A program made the position numbers and the translations under genes. The notes beneath the pieces were generated by a model. It saw only the letters and a list, made by a program, of their open reading frames with translations. It had not been told where the DNA came from and did no database searches. From an uncultured Candidatus Saccharibacteria bacterium (GTDB lineage Bacteria; Patescibacteriota; Minisyncoccia; Phycocordibacterales; UBA9973), in assembly GCA_964426555.1 (NCBI GenBank), contig CAYRQJ010000003.1:1229-65228 (forward strand): DNA of 64,000 nt, in the 5' to 3' direction. Positions 61,980 to 64,000 of the stretch are shown here, in pieces; position 1 is the stretch's first letter, and every line of letters starts with the position of its first letter.

Positions 61980-63326
61980 CTATTTTATAATAATCTTTAC
62001 TTCGTTAGTTACATAGACTTTACTAGTTGTAATATCTTTATAGTGATACATTATACAACTTTGTGTCCCGGAGCCTGGTATTGTATAAGTTGGAGAAGTA
62101 TAACCAGTATCAGCAGTTAAGCTTTTATTAGAATTTTTTTCTAAAATATTCGGTCCAATAGTTCCGTCTCCTCCAATTATTTTGCATTGCACAAATAACA
62201 CACCATTATATGGAGTAAATGATTTATTAACATCCCAACCAAATTTACCTGTTACTGATCCAGCTTTTTCGCTAATCTTACTAAATGTTAAATTAGCAGT
62301 ATAAGGATTTGGAGTAATAGCATCTTTTGTTATTAAAGGAAAATTACCACTTGTTGTACCAGAACTTGTATTATTATTTGAAGCTGGCGCTTGACTACCA
62401 GCAGTAAGTAAGCTTTTTGAAGTATAACCAAGAAATGTTTTATCAGATTTAAAGATATTCCAAAAACCACTGGTTTCCCCACTAACATTTAAAACAGTTC
62501 CATAAGCATTTTTAGTAATAATATTGGCTGATGAAGCAGTGCTTGGGTCAGATCTTAGGTTTGCACCATTTAGAGCATTTACATAGTATTGTTTCAAAGT
62601 TCCAGCTACAGGAGAATTATCCGCAGGAGGAGTTACTACTGGGTCAGTTTTAACTGAATCACCCTGAGAATTTGTTGGTTCTTTTGCTACATCTTTTTGA
62701 GTATTAGGGTCTACTACTGTTCCAGTATTTGTTCCGTTGGTAGTTGTATTACCAGTACCCACCCCGGTTGTTGTATTATTATTTAAAACTGCACCTGCTG
62801 TTGCTGTTCCGTTAGAATTATTTACATTATTAACTACCCCAGCATTGGAGCCTGAATTAACTAGATTATTATTGTTGGTAATACTGGAATTACTAACCCC
62901 ACTGTCTTTTGAAATATTTGAAACAGTATCAATAATTACATTTGAAATTAACTGTGCCCCAAGAATTATTGCGGCCCCAATCAAAGTCCAAGTTAAAGTT
63001 TTATGAGCTGTTTCGATTGCTTCTGGTTTACCACGAGCAACAACATATAAGAATCCAGAATATATAACCATTACAATAATAACTGGTATAGCAAACTCAA
63101 TCACAACTTTTAAAATTTTTGCAATTAAATCTTTGATTGTAGTAGTACAACCCGTACCACCTTTTTTGTCACAAATTGGATTATCAATTGCTACCTTTAA
63201 TTCAAAATTATCCGCCGGAGTAGCAGTTTTAGCATCTTGTGCAATTGCTAATTTAGGAAGCATTGCAAAGTTTCCAGAAAATACAACTATTAAAAACAAT
63301 AAAGATGTTAGAAAATTTTTTTTCAT
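61980..63326 (-). CDS. VirB2-like pilin fused to an N/T/G-rich linker, SH3b-like domain and beta-rich C-terminal domain
   Basis: YSGFLYVVARGKPEAIETAHKTLTWTLIGAAIILGA; YYVNALNGANLRSDPST...GFW...GYTSKSLL. Confidence 0.78.
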   Translation of the reverse strand: MKKNFLTSLLFLIVVFSGNFAMLPKLAIAQDAKTATPADNFELKVAIDNPICDKKGGTGCTTTIKDLIAKILKVVIEFAIPVIIVMVIYSGFLYVVARGKPEAIETAHKTLTWTLIGAAIILGAQLISNVIIDTVSNISKDSGVSNSSITNNNNLVNSGSNAGVVNNVNNSNGTATAGAVLNNNTTTGVGTGNTTTNGTNTGTVVDPNTQKDVAKEPTNSQGDSVKTDPVVTPPADNSPVAGTLKQYYVNALNGANLRSDPSTASSANIITKNAYGTVLNVSGETSGFWNIFKSDKTFLGYTSKSLLTAGSQAPASNNNTSSGTTSGNFPLITKDAITPNPYTANLTFSKISEKAGSVTGKFGWDVNKSFTPYNGVLFVQCKIIGGDGTIGPNILEKNSNKSLTADTGYTSPTYTIPGSGTQSCIMYHYKDITTSKVYVTNEVKIIIK

Positions 63327-63445
63327 CCCGTTAGAAGCAGATCGCGATCAAATCACGATTTTGCTTTATTATACTTATAATTTTACTTTTATTTAAATTC
63401 ATATATTTATTATCTTATCATATTGCGATCGCGGCTTCTAACGGG
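63327..63445 (-). mobile_element. Start-codon-abutting inverted-repeat element, copy D (119 bp), at the pilin-SH3 gene
   Basis: Sense strand CCCGTTAGAAGCCGCGATC...GATCGCGATCTGCTTCTAACGGG|ATG. Confidence 0.8.
63331..63402 (-). CDS. Element-borne mini-ORF (23 aa)
   Basis: MNLNKSKIISIIKQNRDLIAICF*; TAA lies in the right IR, 4 nt before the host ATG. Confidence 0.5.
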   Translation of the reverse strand: MNLNKSKIISIIKQNRDLIAICF

Positions 63446-63452
63446 ACAGGTT

Positions 63453-63998
63453 CTACTTTAAATTTAAAGCTTTATCTTTTAATTGTTCATAAGGCGCCGA
63501 ATCACCTGTATTTATACCAAAACCAAATGTTCTTCTTATAACAGCAACCAATGCATATACTGCTGTTATAACAAAAAAACCAATAATTCCATAAAGAATA
63601 AATTGTCTACCTTTTGCTTGAGATTCTTCACTTGCAGGATTACGAAGCATTACTGTGACTCCCCATACAAAAGAAACTGTAGCAATAGCAAAAATAAATG
63701 GCAGTATAGATACCCGAACTAAACAACCGATGTAATCTACATAACCACCAAATGTTTTATTGTTGCTAGCCACAGTACATGTATTTGTCCCAGCACTGCG
63801 CAAAATAGATGTATCATTATTAATATTACCTTCTGTTGTAATATTTACTTTTTCATTACCAACAACATTAGTATCACTGCCAACAAAATTATCCTCGGCT
63901 GTCCAGTTAACTGGACTATTTGTGTCGTCGGCTCCAAAACCACTAAACTGTGCATTTGTAAACACCGGTACAATACATATTAAAAGCATAACTAGCAC
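63453..63998 (-). CDS. VirB2/TrbC-like pilin with extended N-terminus (start may lie beyond the window)
   Basis: FVWGV...ASEESQAKGRQFILYGIIGFFVITAVYALV. Confidence 0.78.
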   Translation of the reverse strand: MLVMLLICIVPVFTNAQFSGFGADDTNSPVNWTAEDNFVGSDTNVVGNEKVNITTEGNINNDTSILRSAGTNTCTVASNNKTFGGYVDYIGCLVRVSILPFIFAIATVSFVWGVTVMLRNPASEESQAKGRQFILYGIIGFFVITAVYALVAVIRRTFGFGINTGDSAPYEQLKDKALNLK

Positions 63999-64000
63999 AC

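Noticed and set aside
30398-63445. Elements as CRISPR repeats or ordinary terminators
   Set aside because: No repeat-spacer periodicity, no cas genes and no U-tract; they lie at gene starts.
713-63722. Many antisense or alternate-frame ORFs within housekeeping genes (e.g. 34854-35450, 56011-56601, 42500-43024)
   Set aside because: Fully overlap confidently assigned genes and lack protein-like motifs.

Overview
This AT-rich window is typical of a reduced Patescibacteria/CPR chromosome (Parcubacteria-like; inferred from the VirB2-like pilin cluster, short IF-2, HTH-MurA fusion and apparently leaderless genes). It uses genetic code 11: TGA ends dprA and tRNA-Trp is CCA. Content is mostly housekeeping: lepA, murJ, leuS, ychF, engB, the mraZ-rsmH-ftsL-ftsI/murF cluster, lysS, greA, PBP2, murE, dnaX, dus, serS, dprA, topA, rel, parB, murB/murA, miaA, rpmG, alr, clpB, iscS-like, infB, rbfA, ten tRNAs and four pilin genes. 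The main unexplained signal is a family of four dispersed intergenic elements (30398-30589, 39048-39165, 40743-40858, 63327-63445). Each is bounded by CCCGTTAGA...TCTAACGGG inverted repeats and ends exactly at the ATG of a host gene. The three short copies share a covarying bulged hairpin, with the bulged arm next to the ATG. Three of the four carry a 23-26 aa mini-ORF whose TAA lies in the right end, 4 nt before the host ATG. Two show the gene's first bases duplicated on the other side. Together this suggests a non-autonomous, start-codon-targeting cassette or mobile system; no recombinase is visible in the window. Secondary signals: antisense tRNA trailers, a structured spacer between tRNA-Leu and tRNA-Cys, a 22-bp palindrome at the HTH-murA/murB junction, a Bacteroidota-like T9SS-cargo protein, and a fatty-acid desaturase. 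All annotations come from reading the sequence; no searches were run.
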